Positions 28,996 to 44,058 of a stretch of 64,000 nucleotides of DNA are shown in pieces. Source of the stretch: the human T2T-CHM13v2.0 reference genome, Homo sapiens; contig CP068257.2 in the NCBI GenBank assembly GCA_009914755.4, forward strand, positions 30,368,001-30,432,000. The letters run 5' to 3'. Below the pieces are notes generated by a model. That model saw only the letters and a program-made list of their open reading frames with translations, made no database searches and had not been told where the DNA came from. Each line of letters starts with the position of its first letter. Position 1 is the stretch's first letter. Position numbers and translations under genes: made by a program.

Positions 28996-29093
28996 CACCT
29001 GGAAAAACAGTTTTCTCTGTCCTCTAGGGCCACGTTTCTCGACACCACCTGGAAAAACAGTTTTCTCTGTCCTCTAGGGTCACGTTTCTCAAG
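28996..29093. repeat. 49-bp tandem duplication, 2 copies
   Basis: CACCTGGAAAAACAGTTTTCTCTGTCCTCTAGGGCCACGTTTCTCGACA then CACCTGGAAAAACAGTTTTCTCTGTCCTCTAGGGTCACGTTTCTCAAGA. Confidence 0.85.
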
Positions 29094-29520
29094 ATATGGT
29101 CCAGGGACCACCTGCTTCTAAACAACAAAGGGATGTTTGTTTCAATGCAGGTCCTGGGCCCACCCTAGACCAGTTCACTCTTTGCTGGTGGATCATGGGA
29201 GTCAACATTTTAAACAAGAGCCTCTCCCTAAGATGTCTGCTATGCGCCCAGAGTTTGAGAACCAGCCAAGGGACTCAACCTGGCTGCCTGGGCACAGGGT
29301 CAGTGACCTCCCTTTTCTCACATCTCTTAGCCCAGGCTGGCCACCCCCATCACTGACCAGGGACCACATGGAGCAGGCTGGTCTCCCTGGCAGCACTGGC
29401 CCCGTCCCTTTGGATTTCCGTGTCTCAGGTTTGCTCTGACTCTCACATCTTGTGAGATGTTGGAGCTCTGAAATACCTCAAACCTCCCCTCAGCCTAAGG
29501 GACAGGTCTGATTACATGCA

Positions 29521-29957
29521 CAGTTGACCCTTGAATGACATGATTTGAACTGTGCAGGTCCACTTCTACGTGGATTTCCTTCTGTCTCTGCCACCCCCGA
29601 GACAGCAACACCAACCCCTGCTCTTCCTCCTTCTCAGCCCACATAACCCGAAGACAATTATGATGAAGACCTTTATGATGCCCCACTTCCACTTAATCAA
29701 TAGTAAATGTATCTTCTCTTTCTCATGATTGTATTAATAACGTTTTCTTTTCAATAGTTTATTTATCGTAAGAATACAGGATATAATACATGTAACATAC
29801 GATGTGTGTTAATCAACTGTTTGTGTTATTGGCAGGGCTTCGGGTCAACAGTAGGCTATTAGAAGTTAAGTTTTGGGGGAGTCAAAAGCTGTACTGGGGT
29901 TTTCCACTGCATGGGGGTCAGCACTCCTAACCTCTGCATTATCCAAGGGCCAACTAT
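29521..29957 (+). mobile_element. Tigger1-like MITE (internally deleted Tigger1 derivative)
   Basis: 5' TIR CAGTTGACCCTTGAATGACATGATTTGAACTGTGCAGGTCCACTTCTACGTGGATTT. Internal ..GTATCTTCTCTTTCTCATGATTGTATTAATAACGTTTTCTTTTC..CGTAAGAATACAGGATATAATACATGTAACATACGATGTGTGTTAATCAACTGTTTGTGTTATTGGCAGGGCTTCGGGTCAACAGTAGGCTATTAGAAGTTAAGTTTTGGGGGAGTCAAAAG. 3' TIR ..GGGGGTCAGCACTCCTAACCTCTGCATTATCCAAGGGCCAACTA. Confidence 0.7.
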
Positions 29958-29989
29958 ATCATCTATCTATCCATTCATCCACCCGTCTG

Positions 29990-30075
29990 TTTCTCTCCTC
30001 CTCCTCCTGCTCCTCTTCTCTCTCTCCTCGCCCCTCTCTCTCTCATACACACACACACACACACACACACACATC
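29990..30075. repeat. polypyrimidine (CTC/CT)n tract fused to (CA)n
   Basis: ctcctcctcctgctcctcttctctctctcctcgcccctctctctctcatacacacacacacacacacacacaca. Confidence 0.85.
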
Positions 30076-30591
30076 CCACACCCACTGTGCACCAGGTACT
30101 GTACTAAGCACTTGAGATATAGAAATGAACAACACAAACATCTCTGCTCTTAGGGAGCCTCTATCCCAGTGAGGACAGAGAGACAATGTTTTCTGGGGAA
30201 GTGGTAACTTCAAGGACACAGAATTGTTAGGAAGATATTCTCCCAGGAATAAAATATAATATTTTAATGGCTTTGTCATTCCCTCTTTAACATCTTTCCC
30301 CTTCCTCTACAACTGAAGAATAAGGGGCAGAGGATTCCTGCTTCACGTGGAAGAAGTCTGAGTTCTACCTCTGCCTGTTAAAGAGGATATGCACTGGGGC
30401 AGTTGCTGAAATAGGTGTGGCTTGTTAATTCTTGAGACAAAACCAGAATGAATGAGAGGTCTTGCTGGCTAGTTCAGTATCAGGTGAGGGGTGGAAATGA
30501 GCTAGAAGGGTGAAAATACCATGTTATTTTAATCACAGTGATGGTTCACGTCAGGCTCCATAGACCCAGCTGGAATCCCAGAGGCTCATTT

Positions 30592-32446
30592 CCTCCATCC
30601 AGGTCTATTCCACCCAGGTCTATTCCATCCAGGTCCATTCCATCGAGATCCACTCCATCCAGATCCACTCCATCCAGGTCCTCTCCATTCGGGTCCACTC
30701 CATCCAGGTCCACTGTATCCAGGTCCACTCCATCCAGGTCCACTGTATCCAGGTCCACTCCATCCAAGTGAATTCCATCCAGGTCCACTCCATCCAAGTG
30801 AACTCCATCCAGGTGCGCTCCATCCAGGTGCACTCCATCCGGATTCACTCCATCCAGATCCACTCTATCTGGGTCCACTCCATCTGAGTCCACTCCATCC
30901 AGGTCCAATCCATCCAGATCCACTTCATCCAAGTCCACTCCATCCAGATCCACTCCATCCAGGTCCACTCCATCCAGGTGCACTCCATCCAGTCCACTCC
31001 AACCAGATCCACTCCATCCGGGTCCACTCCATCCGGATCCACTCCATCCAGATCCACTTCATCCATATCCACTCCATCCAGATCCACTCCATCCAGGTCC
31101 ACTGTAACCAGGTCCACTCCATCCAGGTCCACTGTATCCAGGTCCTCTCCATCCAAGTGAACTCCATCCAGGTGTACTCCATCCAGGTCCACTGTATCCA
31201 GGTCCACTCCATCCAAGTGAACTCCATCCAGGTGTGCTCCATCCAGGTGCACTCCATCCGGATTCACTCCATCCAGATCCACTCCATCCACATCCACTCC
31301 ATCCGTGTCCACTCCATCTGGATCCACTCCATCTGGTCCACTCCATCTGGGCCCACTCCATCCGGGTCCACTCCATCTGGATCCACTCCATCCAGGTCCA
31401 CTCCATCCAGATCTACTTCACCCAGATTCACTCCATCTGGGTCCATTCCACCCAGATCCACTCCATCCTGGCCCACTCTATCCAGGCCCACTCTATCCAG
31501 ATCCACTCCATCCAGATCCACTCCATCCAGGCCCACTCCATCCAGGTCCACTCCATCCTGGTCCACTCCATCCAGGTCCACTCCATATGGGTCCGCTCCA
31601 TCTGGGTCTACACCATCCAGGTCTGCTCCATCCAGATCCACTGTATCCAGGTCCGCTCCATCCAGATCCACTCCATCCAAATCCACTCCATCCAGGTGCA
31701 CTCCATCCAGATCCACTTCATCTAGATCCACTCCATCCAGGTGCACTCCATCCAGATCCACTTCATCCAGATCCACTGTATCCAGGTCCACTCCATCTGG
31801 GTCCACTCCATCCAGGTGCACTCTATCCAGGTGCACTCCATCCAGGTGCAATCCATCCAGGTGCGCTCCACCCAGGTGCACTCCATCCGGATTCACTCCA
31901 CCTGGTCCACTCCATCTGAGCCCACTCCATCCTGGTTCACTCCATCCAGGTCCGCTCCATCCAGATCCACTGTATCCAGGTCCACTCCAACCAGGTGAAC
32001 TCTATCCAGGTCCCCTCCATCCAGATCCACTTCATCCAGATCCACCCCAATTCAGGCCCACTTCATCCAGATCCGTTCCATCCAGGTCCAATCCATCCAG
32101 GTGTGCTCCATCCATGTGCACTCCATCCAGATTCACTCCATCTGGATTCACTCCACCTGGTCCATTCCATCTGAATCCACTCCATCCAGGTCCACTCCAT
32201 CCAGGTGAACTCCATTCAGGCCCACTCCATCCAGGTCCACTCCATCCGGGTCCACTCCATCTGGGTCCGCTCCATCTAGGTCCACTGTATCCAGGTCCAC
32301 TCCATCCAGGTGAACTCCATCCAGAGCCACTTCATCCAGATCCACTCCATTTGGGTCCACTCCATCTGGGTCCACTCCATCCGGGTCCACTCCATCCAGG
32401 TCCACTCTATCTGGGTCCACTCTATCCAGGTCCACTCTATCTAAGT
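30592..32446. repeat. minisatellite: about 124 tandem copies of a 15-bp unit CCACTCCATCCAGGT and variants, 1.86 kb
   Basis: Direct reading gives ccatccaggtccactccatccaggtccactgtatccaggtccactccatccaagtgaactccatccaggtg... Occasional 14- and 16-bp units occur. Longer recurring blocks such as GGTGCGCTCCATCCAGGTGCACTCCATCCGGATTCACTCC appear at 30824, 31234 and 31860. The 15-bp period is a multiple of 3, so every frame on both strands is open, which explains the track ORFs GVDLDGVDLD, SRSTPSRSTP and WTWMEWTWME. Confidence 0.9.
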
Positions 32447-32587
32447 CCCAGCATAGGCATACTCAAACTGAGGGATGTTTGCTTAAAAGAAAAAACCTAT
32501 TGACAAAGATGTGGACTGGTTTAGAGAAACCACAAAAGACAGTGCAGAAGCCTGGGGACCAGCAAGAGCATAGTGCTGTTACTACCC

Positions 32588-33003
32588 TGATACAGTTTGG
32601 ATGTTTGTTTCCTCCAAATCTCATGTTGAAATGTGATCCCCAATGTTGGAGGTGGAGTCTACTGGGAGTTATTTGGGTCATGGGGGTGATCCCTCACGAG
32701 TAGCTTGGCACTGTCTTTACAGTGGTAAAGTGAGTTCTCACTCTATGAGTTCACAAGAGATCTAGTTGTTTAAAACAGTGTGGCACCTCCTCCCCCCTCT
32801 CTTGCTCCCTCTCTCGCCATGAGACAGACCAGCTCCCCTTCACCTTCCACCATGATTGCAATCTTCCTGAGCCCCTCGCCAGAAGCAGATGCCAGCATTG
32901 TTTCCTCTACAGCCTGCAGAACTATGAGCCACATAAACCTTTTTCTTTATAAATGATCCAGCCTCAGGTATTTCTTTGTAGCAGGGCAAATGGACTAGTA
33001 CAT
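32588..33003 (+). mobile_element. THE1/MST-type MaLR solo LTR
   Basis: TGATACAGTTTGGATGTTTGTTTCCTCCAAATCTCATGTTGAAATGTGATCCCCAATGTTGGAGGTGGAG..TTCTCACGAGTAGC..CTTCCACCATGATTGCAATCTTCCTGAGCCCCTCGCCAGAAGCAGATGCCAGC..TTTATAAATGATCCAGCCTCAGGTATTTCTTTGTAGCAGGGCAAATGGACTAGTACA. 5-bp TSD TACCC on both sides. Confidence 0.8.
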
Positions 33004-35949
33004 ACCCCTTTCTTGGAGGGGCAAAGACAGGAAGTGGTTACCCCCAATCAAAGAGGGCAGCAGAACAGCAAGGGCTATCTGAAAGAGGCTGTGTCATCTG
33101 CTGGCTTGACCCAGCCAACTTTGAGCAACTCAACAGAAAAGGAGCTGGGAAAATAAATATCTGGAGCTCTCTCCCGTATCCATCCTCTGCTCCCTCTCAC
33201 TGTGCTGGTGCCTCCCACTGGAAGCCAGAGTGGAGGGAGGTTGTGATACAACCTACGTGGGTCAGGCCCACCTTTCAGGGTTTAGTGCCAAAGGCAGGAG
33301 GATAGATGGAAATCACTGGCATGACCATTTATCATAGCATATCCAGAGGACCATATTCCCAGGGAAAGGGTTTTGAAAGCCCAGGCCTTCATGAACTCAA
33401 ACACCCTCCCCTCCATCAGCTATACAACTAAGCCCCTTGTAGCTACAGAGAACTTGCCCCCTTCTTATCCTTTCTGTGGGTGATCCAGAGTAATATCTGG
33501 AGAGAGAAAGCTGCTAAATTGCATGAGGTTCTTCCAAGTCATTCATTCAGATGACCCCTTTCTTCCCATTCTGCTGTTTTGCCTGTAGTGCTAGCCATCT
33601 GTGGGATGTGCATGCATGCAAGTGTATCTTTGGTCCATAGTGCTTGGATGACAGCCACAGATCTTACTAACTGGCTCTTCTGGAGATGATGGGCTCCAGC
33701 ATGTGGTCAAAGCTGCTGCTGGTGCTGGTGGCCACTGAGCCCCAGGAAATGAAGAGGAGGTTTCTCCCTCATGCACTTTCCTCCTTGCAGGGGTAAGCAC
33801 TGCTCAGTGTCACGTGCAGCTGAGGCAGAATTGTTGGAAAGATACTCCTAACAATTGTTTCCCTGCTCCCCCCACCCCCCACCCCCAGACGTACAGGGAT
33901 GGCCTCAGCCTGTCTGACACTACAGATGTTGGAGTTCCCAATTTTGTGTGTGGGAGGTTAGGGTGTGTGAAGGGAAGCTAGAGGTTTGATGAACAGAGAA
34001 CCCCGAGAATGGAATAATTAGGGAACATTTCCCAAGACCCAAAACAAAACTGTTTCCACTCTGATGGCAGAGTCTAGGATAGCATTTTTAGAGGCCCCTT
34101 GCTGCTTTTTAAATCCTGAAAAGGTAGCATGATGTCATTGGTGCCTCAGTTTGCATGCATTTATTAGGTCCCCTGTGTCTCAGACAGGAGCAGCGCTTAT
34201 AGCATGGAAGCAGGGGGCCCCAGACCTGGGAGGAGACAGGGATAGGTGAAGGCTGTTAAGATGGGCCTCGGCTATTGCAGACTCTTACCCAAGCCCAGCA
34301 TCTGTTTCTAAAATCCTAAATGGAAACTCACCAGACAGCCCAGGAGCCCCTGGGGGCTTCTCTAGAGGAAGTGTGAGTTTTCCTGTCTGCTCGGGCAGGG
34401 TGAGAACCCCTGCACCCTCTTTCTCCTTCATCTCATCTTCATCCAGGGAGGTCCCGGACTTAGCTAGGAAAATGGTAATCCAGAGACAATCTTTGTTGGC
34501 TAAAGTGCTCCTGGAACTAAAAGTGAGGATTCAACATGTGTGAGAAGAGACAGCCCCACCACGCTCATGATGTGTAGAAGCACCTTGCTTGTGAGCTAGA
34601 CTTGCACTGGCCAACTGGTGGGGCAGGAGAGAGGCAACGCACAGAAACCATGCTTCCATAAGGAATTCTGCTTGTATTGTACAGGCCAGGTTTGCATTTT
34701 CCAGAAAGGCCAGGGTAGAGGCTTACTAATCACCCAAGACTGTGAAATCAGGCAGAAGAAACAGCAAGGGCTGCTTTTCTGGGGGTGAAAAGAAAACAAG
34801 CTGCCATACAAGCTGGGTGGGGTGAGAGCCTGGGAGGGGCAGGCAACCAGACCCGTCATCCTCAGGCCCCAGGGAGGACTCTGTCCACTGGCGGGGGCTG
34901 GACCTCCATCCTGTTCAGCATGACCAGACTAGCCATCTTCTGATCTTCTTCAGGCAGCCCCCAAATCACTGCCCAACCCTGCAGGAGGCCCTGCCACATA
35001 GCCTTTGCCAGAGACAGTCACCCCAATGTGTTCTTCTGGGCCCTCCTTGCCTCAAAGGCCACACAAGGCGTGTTCCTCACAGCCTGCACTTTGTTGGTTA
35101 GGAGGTCATTCTTCTGAGTAACGAAGGGAAAGATTTTAGTTCCCACCATCTCCCTCAGTAGATATTCCCCTACATGGCCCTGAAGTGTGGCTACCATGAC
35201 TCACTGCACCTGTAAGTACAGAACATGACCCTGAGGTTGGGAGGCCCCAGCTGTACCCACCTCTTTACTGAAAAATCACCTTGGAGCTTCTTGCCATGAG
35301 ATGCTGCTGGTGTGTTGAGGAAGCATAGACTAACTACACAGGGTTCTCCCTACTGACAGAGAACAGTTCATGTATGTTTGTTAATGAGATAAGATGATCC
35401 TGGGTCTAGGGTCTTACAATTTTACCCTTAAAAAAATTTCAAACATTTATTTCAGCCTTACCAAAAGGAATCTAGAGAATGCATTCCTATTTGGTTGTCT
35501 GGAGCAGGGATTTTCAACGTTGGCACATTGACATTCTGGATTTGATCATTCTTTGGAGTGGGGCTGTTCTGTGCCTTGTAAGATGTTGAGCTGCATCCCT
35601 GGCCTCTACCTACTAGATGCCAGTAGCACCCACTACACCCAGCCACTCATGACAAACAAAAACGTCTCCAGACATTGTCAAATGTCCCCGGGGCGGTGGA
35701 GGTGGGGAACCACCCATGGTTGAGAACCATTGCTGTTAGAGCAATTTTATTCAAACAGGAAATATGTATCAAATACCCGTGTGATAATTCAATATTTAAA
35801 CATCTTACCTGAACCAGGAACTGGAGGGGTAAAAGTGTGACTAAGACATTATCCCTGTTCTTTGTGAGCTTGCAATGTGGGACTGGGAATGTCCCGCAAA
35901 TGACTGGATAGAAGACAAAAAGTAGGTGCCTAAAAGCGGTCCTTACTGA

Positions 35950-36250
<301 letters not shown>

Positions 36251-39200
36251 GAGCCTCACTCTTGATTGCGAATGAAGTGTCTTTCCCAGAAAGGCCCCAG
36301 CAGACTCCTCCTATTTCTCATTGGCCAGCAAGGTGTCACATGCTCACTTCAAGACCAATCACTAATCAAAAGGAAGGTGATTGCAAGATAGGCTTGGCCA
36401 ATCATGACTCATTCTCTAGGGTGCAGTGTTTTTGTATGCTCACCCACTTACCTGCAAAGTCCATTTTTTAGTTTTTTATTTTTTTGCAGGAAATTAAATG
36501 GAATAACTGCTGATGATTCAGCTAATGGTGTCTGCCACACCATGTCCCAAGCTTAGGTCTTCCTGACCCTCTTTCATCCATTTCATAACACCCATAAAAT
36601 ATACTCTTCTCTTTGCAGTCACAGAAACTGCCTTTTTTGGGGGTGGGGAGTTCTTTCTATGAGAAAGCCAAGTTGAGGCTGCTTTTGATAATGTCATAGT
36701 AAAGTACATTGTGTCAAGAACAGACTGATAAAGGGACGAGTGGGTTCTGCCTCAGCATGTGAACAGTTCATTATGGTTGCCGAGTCGATTCATGCTTTGA
36801 CCAAAAGTGTTTGCCAAAGCCCAGAGGCCAACATCAGCATTATTAATAAATTGGCTGTTATTAATAACAGCCAGGCCACACAAAGAAACCGCTGGTTATG
36901 CTTCAAGTGCTTGTGATCAACCACTGTGGGCGCTTGCATTGATATAGAGCTGTTGAGTGACGGTGCCTTGTCTGGTCAGTTATGTGTTAGGTTGTTCTGC
37001 CCGTGGCTGATGTCTGTGCAGGCTGATATCATGGCAGCCACCATTTATTGTGTATATACTATTTGTCCCCTTACGTGCATTACTTCATTTAACACTCACA
37101 ATAGTCCTGGGAAGCAGGTATTGCCATCACCGACAGACACACAAGGAAGTTGACTCAGATAGAGACAGTAGGTTCCTAATGTCACCCAGCTAGTACTGGG
37201 CAAGACCAACAACCAGGTTACCCCATGCTTGTCTGTGCAGTGTGGCAGGCCCCCCACCAGGTTACTTCAGGGTGTATGTCCACTGCCTGAACTCTGAAGG
37301 CCAGTTGATGAGCCAAAGCCATCATGCCCAGCCAAACAGCAGACGTCCCTGATAACCCAAACATCTTGTAGTGTATCTGAGAACCCATCAAGGAAAACAG
37401 TCCCATCACACACACAGCGGGCAAAGAGCCAGAAAATTAGCTTAAGGATGGGAGGCAGTGCAGATCTCTAAAGCTATTCTGCTGCCATCCAGGAGAGCCT
37501 CACATGTAAGTTCTAATAAACTAATCTACTCACTAAGAATGACTTGTGTCTGAGTCATTCTGTGTTCTTTTGGCTCCCTCCTAGTTTGGGGAAGGTTTTT
37601 CTATATGATTCTGGGTTTTTCTGCATATCAGATGCTAAATGGGCTTGGGAAGATAAAGGAGGGGCCCTCTGTTAGGTTAAGGAATAGAGAAAAGAAAGTG
37701 AGCACAGATGTAAGATGCTGAAGGCTGTTACATCAACCTTGGAGGGCGGAGGACCAGCATTCTCTCTCATCTTCTCCAGGGTCCACATGACACTCAAGAA
37801 TTGCTGGACCCCTTTGGGCTACCCATGCCTGCCCTTTTGCAGATGTTCCCTTAACATCACCTGATGATGCCTTTCTTTTCCACCCTCCCTCCCCAAACAA
37901 TTGACACCCCCCCATTTTGAACCTTCACAATGGAATATCCATCAGCATAGGTCCTTACTTCACAGGCTGGTTCTATCTGCAGCGTTCTCCACCACACCTT
38001 CACGTGAGCATGATCTCACCTTCCTTCAAATACCAGCTCAAGTGCCACTACCTCCACGAAGTCCACCTGGGTCCTCTGTATGCTTCTAGCAATTTCAAGG
38101 GGTGCCCTTTTGTTGCTTAATTTGTCTTGCATTAGAGCTTGCTGTGGGGCATCTGACTCTCAACCCAATTACGAGTCCTTCAAGGGCAGGGACTTCAGCA
38201 TCCCTCCCTAGTACCTAACAGGGTATCTTGCAAGATACATAAGTTTATTTAATTGGATGAAAGTGGATAATTCAGAATTGATTGCTTGACGTGATCAAGC
38301 TTCAGCAACAGCCTTCATAAAGAAGCTAAATGTGTCCAGCTCGCATTTTGAGTGTCTGCACTTTACTCTGGGCTTTTTACTGGATCTGTCCTGCAAATTT
38401 AGTCTCAGCTCAGAGAAGCTGAATGCATACTGAAATAACTCAGCAAAATGTCCCTGACCCTCTGACATGTGATGCTTCATCACTGAAGTATTCCTGGTCA
38501 AATCACGCTCTTATCAAAGACCATTTCTCATGCGCCTTCCCATTCTCCCCCTACACATATACCCCAAAGACACAGGAGAGTTTAAATCTTATTTTATAAA
38601 GAAAGCATCAGAAAAGATTCTCTGTGGCAGAAGATATTAGTGGCTTGAGAACAATTCATGTCTAGCTGGAATGGGAGTGATTGAAGTGTTTTTGTGCATG
38701 CAGTAGATTAATGTGACATAAAATGTCGTCTGAGAATTCAGCTAGACCTAGTGGGCCCCAGGGGCTAGAGTTGGCTTCTATTGCAATGAATCTCAGAGCT
38801 TTAGGATGGACTATAGTTTGGAATACAAGGAAGTGTCTGAATATGAGGACAATTTCCCTCTCTTCACATTTGCCTGGACACCAATCCAATTCTGAGATCC
38901 AATCATCCTTCATGTCTTTGCTTACTGGGAGCCTGGCCTGAGTTACCAGCTGGGGTTTCCAAAGTGATGTGACACCACAGCCCTAAGATGCTCCCAGTCT
39001 AGGGGTGGTGAGTAGCAGAGCGCACAATAGCAGCACCAAGGGCAGCTTGGGAAGGGGCTTTCGCACCCGTCTTCACCCTTCCCCCACCTTTCTTTGATAT
39101 GGACCACCAACATTATCTCCATCATAGTGAATCAATGGCTTCAAGACCTGCTTCCAATGAGATGTTGCCCCCAAGACTTTCCTCTATACAAATTCTGGGC

Positions 39201-40357
39201 CTGTCACTGGGCAACAGGAGTGGGAAAGTGACCAGACCTCCCCGGTGTCTGGTTGGAGTTCGAGGCCCACAAGGCAAGGACTCTGGAGTAAGGGAGATGC
39301 AGCCAGTTGGGTTTAGAGGAAAGGCTTTGCTCTCCTAGTGACTAGGGCAGCTGGAAGACAGAGTGTTGGGAGGTAGGTTGGAGAGGGTAGTCATAGCCTC
39401 CCTTGAAAAGAAACAGGAAACTTGCCAAATTGATGGAGAGAACAAACCACCCGACAGTGCACAAATTGCATCTGGGGCTCCTGGTTAAGACATCCTGGAG
39501 CAGAGAGGAGCAGGGGCAAAAGGGAAAAATCCCCAAGCCCACACAGGTGCACAAGTCCATGACCAATGTCCTTAAGCTGAACCATCCTCATTTTAATGCT
39601 AAAAACACACCCCTGGGTAGAGATTTCAGACGCTAATGAGACATGGGATGTATGTGCTAGCGTGTACAGCAATAGTGCATGGGCATCCAGGAGACCTCCC
39701 ATGGCATGCTTAACAACAATGCCCATTCCCACCCTTCATGAATAATCATGTAAGACTCCCGTAAAGGGAGCTTCCCCAGTGTCGGTGGGTGCTGTCTCAT
39801 TATCTCGAGCAGCCCACTCTGAACCTGCTATGAGAGTGTACTTTTCGCTTTGCAATAAACTACTTACTTTTGCTTTTGACTCACTCTCAAAATCTCTTAA
39901 GCAGCCAAGTCAAGAACCTGAACCAACCAACTGACAACATCAGGAGAAAGGGTTGATGTCGGGGGGAGGTTGGGAACTGAAATAGAGCAGTCCAAGCCTG
40001 AGCATGAGGGGCTGTGTGCCCGGGGAAAATGAAGAGCAGGGCTCGGGCACGTAATGAACCCTGTGTCAAGTGCCTGGGCAGAAGGCCCAACCCTTGCTCA
40101 CCAGCTCTGCCCCAAACACCTGGTCCAAGCCACCGCCGTCCTCTTCCTGGGCTGTTCTCCCTTCTTCCACTTTGTCCCGCCATTAGCCAGAGTGACCCCT
40201 TGGGAGCATGAAACTGGCACTGCCCTGCAGCTTCCCACCTTAGCAGGGAGGAAGCCAAGGCCCTGCCCTGTCACCTTCACCAAAGCCCCTGCTCCAATGC
40301 ACAGTGCCTCCTCCAGACTTTATGCCTGTCCATAGCACTCAGCTTCATCTCCACTTC

Positions 40358-42437
<2,080 letters not shown>

Positions 42438-44058
42438 GTAAAGGGATCAAAGCAACAAGAAGAGCTAACTATCGTAAATATATATGCACCCAATACAGGA
42501 GCACCCAGATTCATAAAACAAGTTCTTAGAGAACTACAAAGACTTATACTCCCACACAATAATAGTGGGAGACTTTAACATACCACTGTCAATATTAGAC
42601 AGATCAATGAGACAGAAAATTAACAAGGATATTCAGGACTTGAACTTAGCTAGGGACCAAGTGGACTTAATAGACATCTACAGAATTCTCCACCCCAAAT
42701 CAACAGAATATACATTCTTCTCAGGGCCACATAGCACATATTCTAAAATCAACCACATAATTGGAAGTAAAACACTCCTTAGCAAATGCAAAAGAACAGA
42801 AATCATAACAAACAGTCTCTCAGACCACAGTGCAATCAAATTATAACTCAGGATTAAGAAACTCACTCAAAACTGCACAACTACATGGAAATTCAACAAC
42901 CTGCTCTTGAATGACTACTGGGTAAATAACAAAATTACGGAAAAAATAAAGAAGTTCTTTGAAACCAATGAGAACAAAGAGACAACATACTAGAATCTCT
43001 GGGACACAGCTAAAACGGTGTTAAGAGGGAAATTCATAGCACTAAATGCCCACATGAGAAAGTGGGAAAGATCCAGAATCCACACCTTAACATCACAATT
43101 AAAAGAACTAGAGAAGCAAGAGTGAACAAATTCAAAAGCTAGCAGAAGACAAGAAATAACTAAGATCAGAGCAGAACTGAAGGAGATAGAGATGTGAAAA
43201 ACCCTTCAAAAAATCACCAAATCCAGGAGCTGTTTTTTGAAAAAATTACCAAAATAGATGGACCACTAGCTAGACTAATAAAGAAGAAAAGAGAGAAGAA
43301 TCAAATAGACACAATAAAAAATGATAAAGGGGATATCACCACTGATCCCATAGAAATACAAACTAACCTCAGAGAATACTAAACACCTCTATCCCAATAA
43401 ACTAGAAAATCTAGAAGAAATGGATAAATTCCTGGACACATACACCCTCCCAAGACTAAACCAGGAAGAAGTCAAATCCCTGAATAGACTAATAAGTTCC
43501 GAAATTGAGGCGGTAATTAACAGCCTACCAACCAAAAAAAGCCCAGGACCAGATGGATTCACAGCCAAATTCTGCCAGAGGTACAAAGAGGAGCTGGTAC
43601 CATTCCTTCTGGAACTATTCCAAACAATAGAAAAAGAGGGACTCCTCCTTAACTCATTTTATGAGGCCAGCATCATCCTGATACCAAAACCTGGCAGAGA
43701 CACAACAAAAAAAGAAAATTTGAGACCAATATCCCTAATGAACATCAATGCCACCATCCTCAATAAATACTGGCAAACCAAATCCAGGAGCACATCAAAA
43801 AGCTTATCCACCACGATCAAGTCGGCTTCATCCCTGGGATGCAAGGCTGGTTCTATGTATGCAAGTCAATAAATGTAATCCATCACATAAACAGAACCAA
43901 TGACAAAAACCACATGATTATCTCAATAGATGCAGAAAAGCCTTCTATAATATTCAGCATCCCTTCATGCTAAATATTCTCAATAAGAAGTATTGATGGA
44001 ACATATCTCAATAAAAGCTATTTATGACACACCCATGGCCAATATCATACTGAATGGG
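42438..44058 (+). mobile_element. L1 ORF2 5' portion (endonuclease to early RT), inverted relative to the adjoining 3' segment of the same insertion
   Basis: GGTAAAGGGATCAAAGCAACAAGAAGAGCTAACTATCGTAAATATATATGCACCCAATACAGGAGCACCCAGATTCATAAAACAAGTTCTTAGAGAACTACAAAGACTTA... The plus ORFs 42565..42846 (MGDFNIPLSILDRSMRQKINKDIQDLNLARDQVDLIDIYRILHPKSTEYTFFSGPHSTYSKINHIIGSKTLLSKCKRTEIITNSLSDHSAIKL) and 43420..43872 (..[74 protein letters not shown]..) are L1 ORF2 endonuclease/RT sequences. The segment ends ..CCAATATCATACTGAATGGG at 44058. Confidence 0.85.

Noticed and set aside
30592-32446. Regular short repeats, considered as a CRISPR array
   Set aside because: Units are contiguous with no unique spacers, unit length is 15 bp, and the context is primate genomic DNA full of Alu/L1. 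This is a eukaryotic minisatellite
30538-32503. Long ORFs on both strands inside the 15-bp minisatellite (e.g. 31157..32503 + 448 aa STPSR-rich; 31264..31896 - GVDLDGVDLD; WTWMEWTWME frames), considered as a mucin-like coding VNTR
   Set aside because: A 15-bp period is a multiple of 3, so the unit lacks stops in every frame. All six frames are open simultaneously, and the open frame drifts between segments because of 14- and 16-bp units. There are no convincing start or splice context and no frame conservation. Kept only as a low-probability caveat in the findings
42565-43872. L1 ORF2-derived ORFs (93 aa endonuclease-like, 150 aa RT-like) as functional coding sequence
   Set aside because: These are fragments of a 5'-truncated, inverted L1 with multiple stops and frameshifts between them, not an intact ORF2
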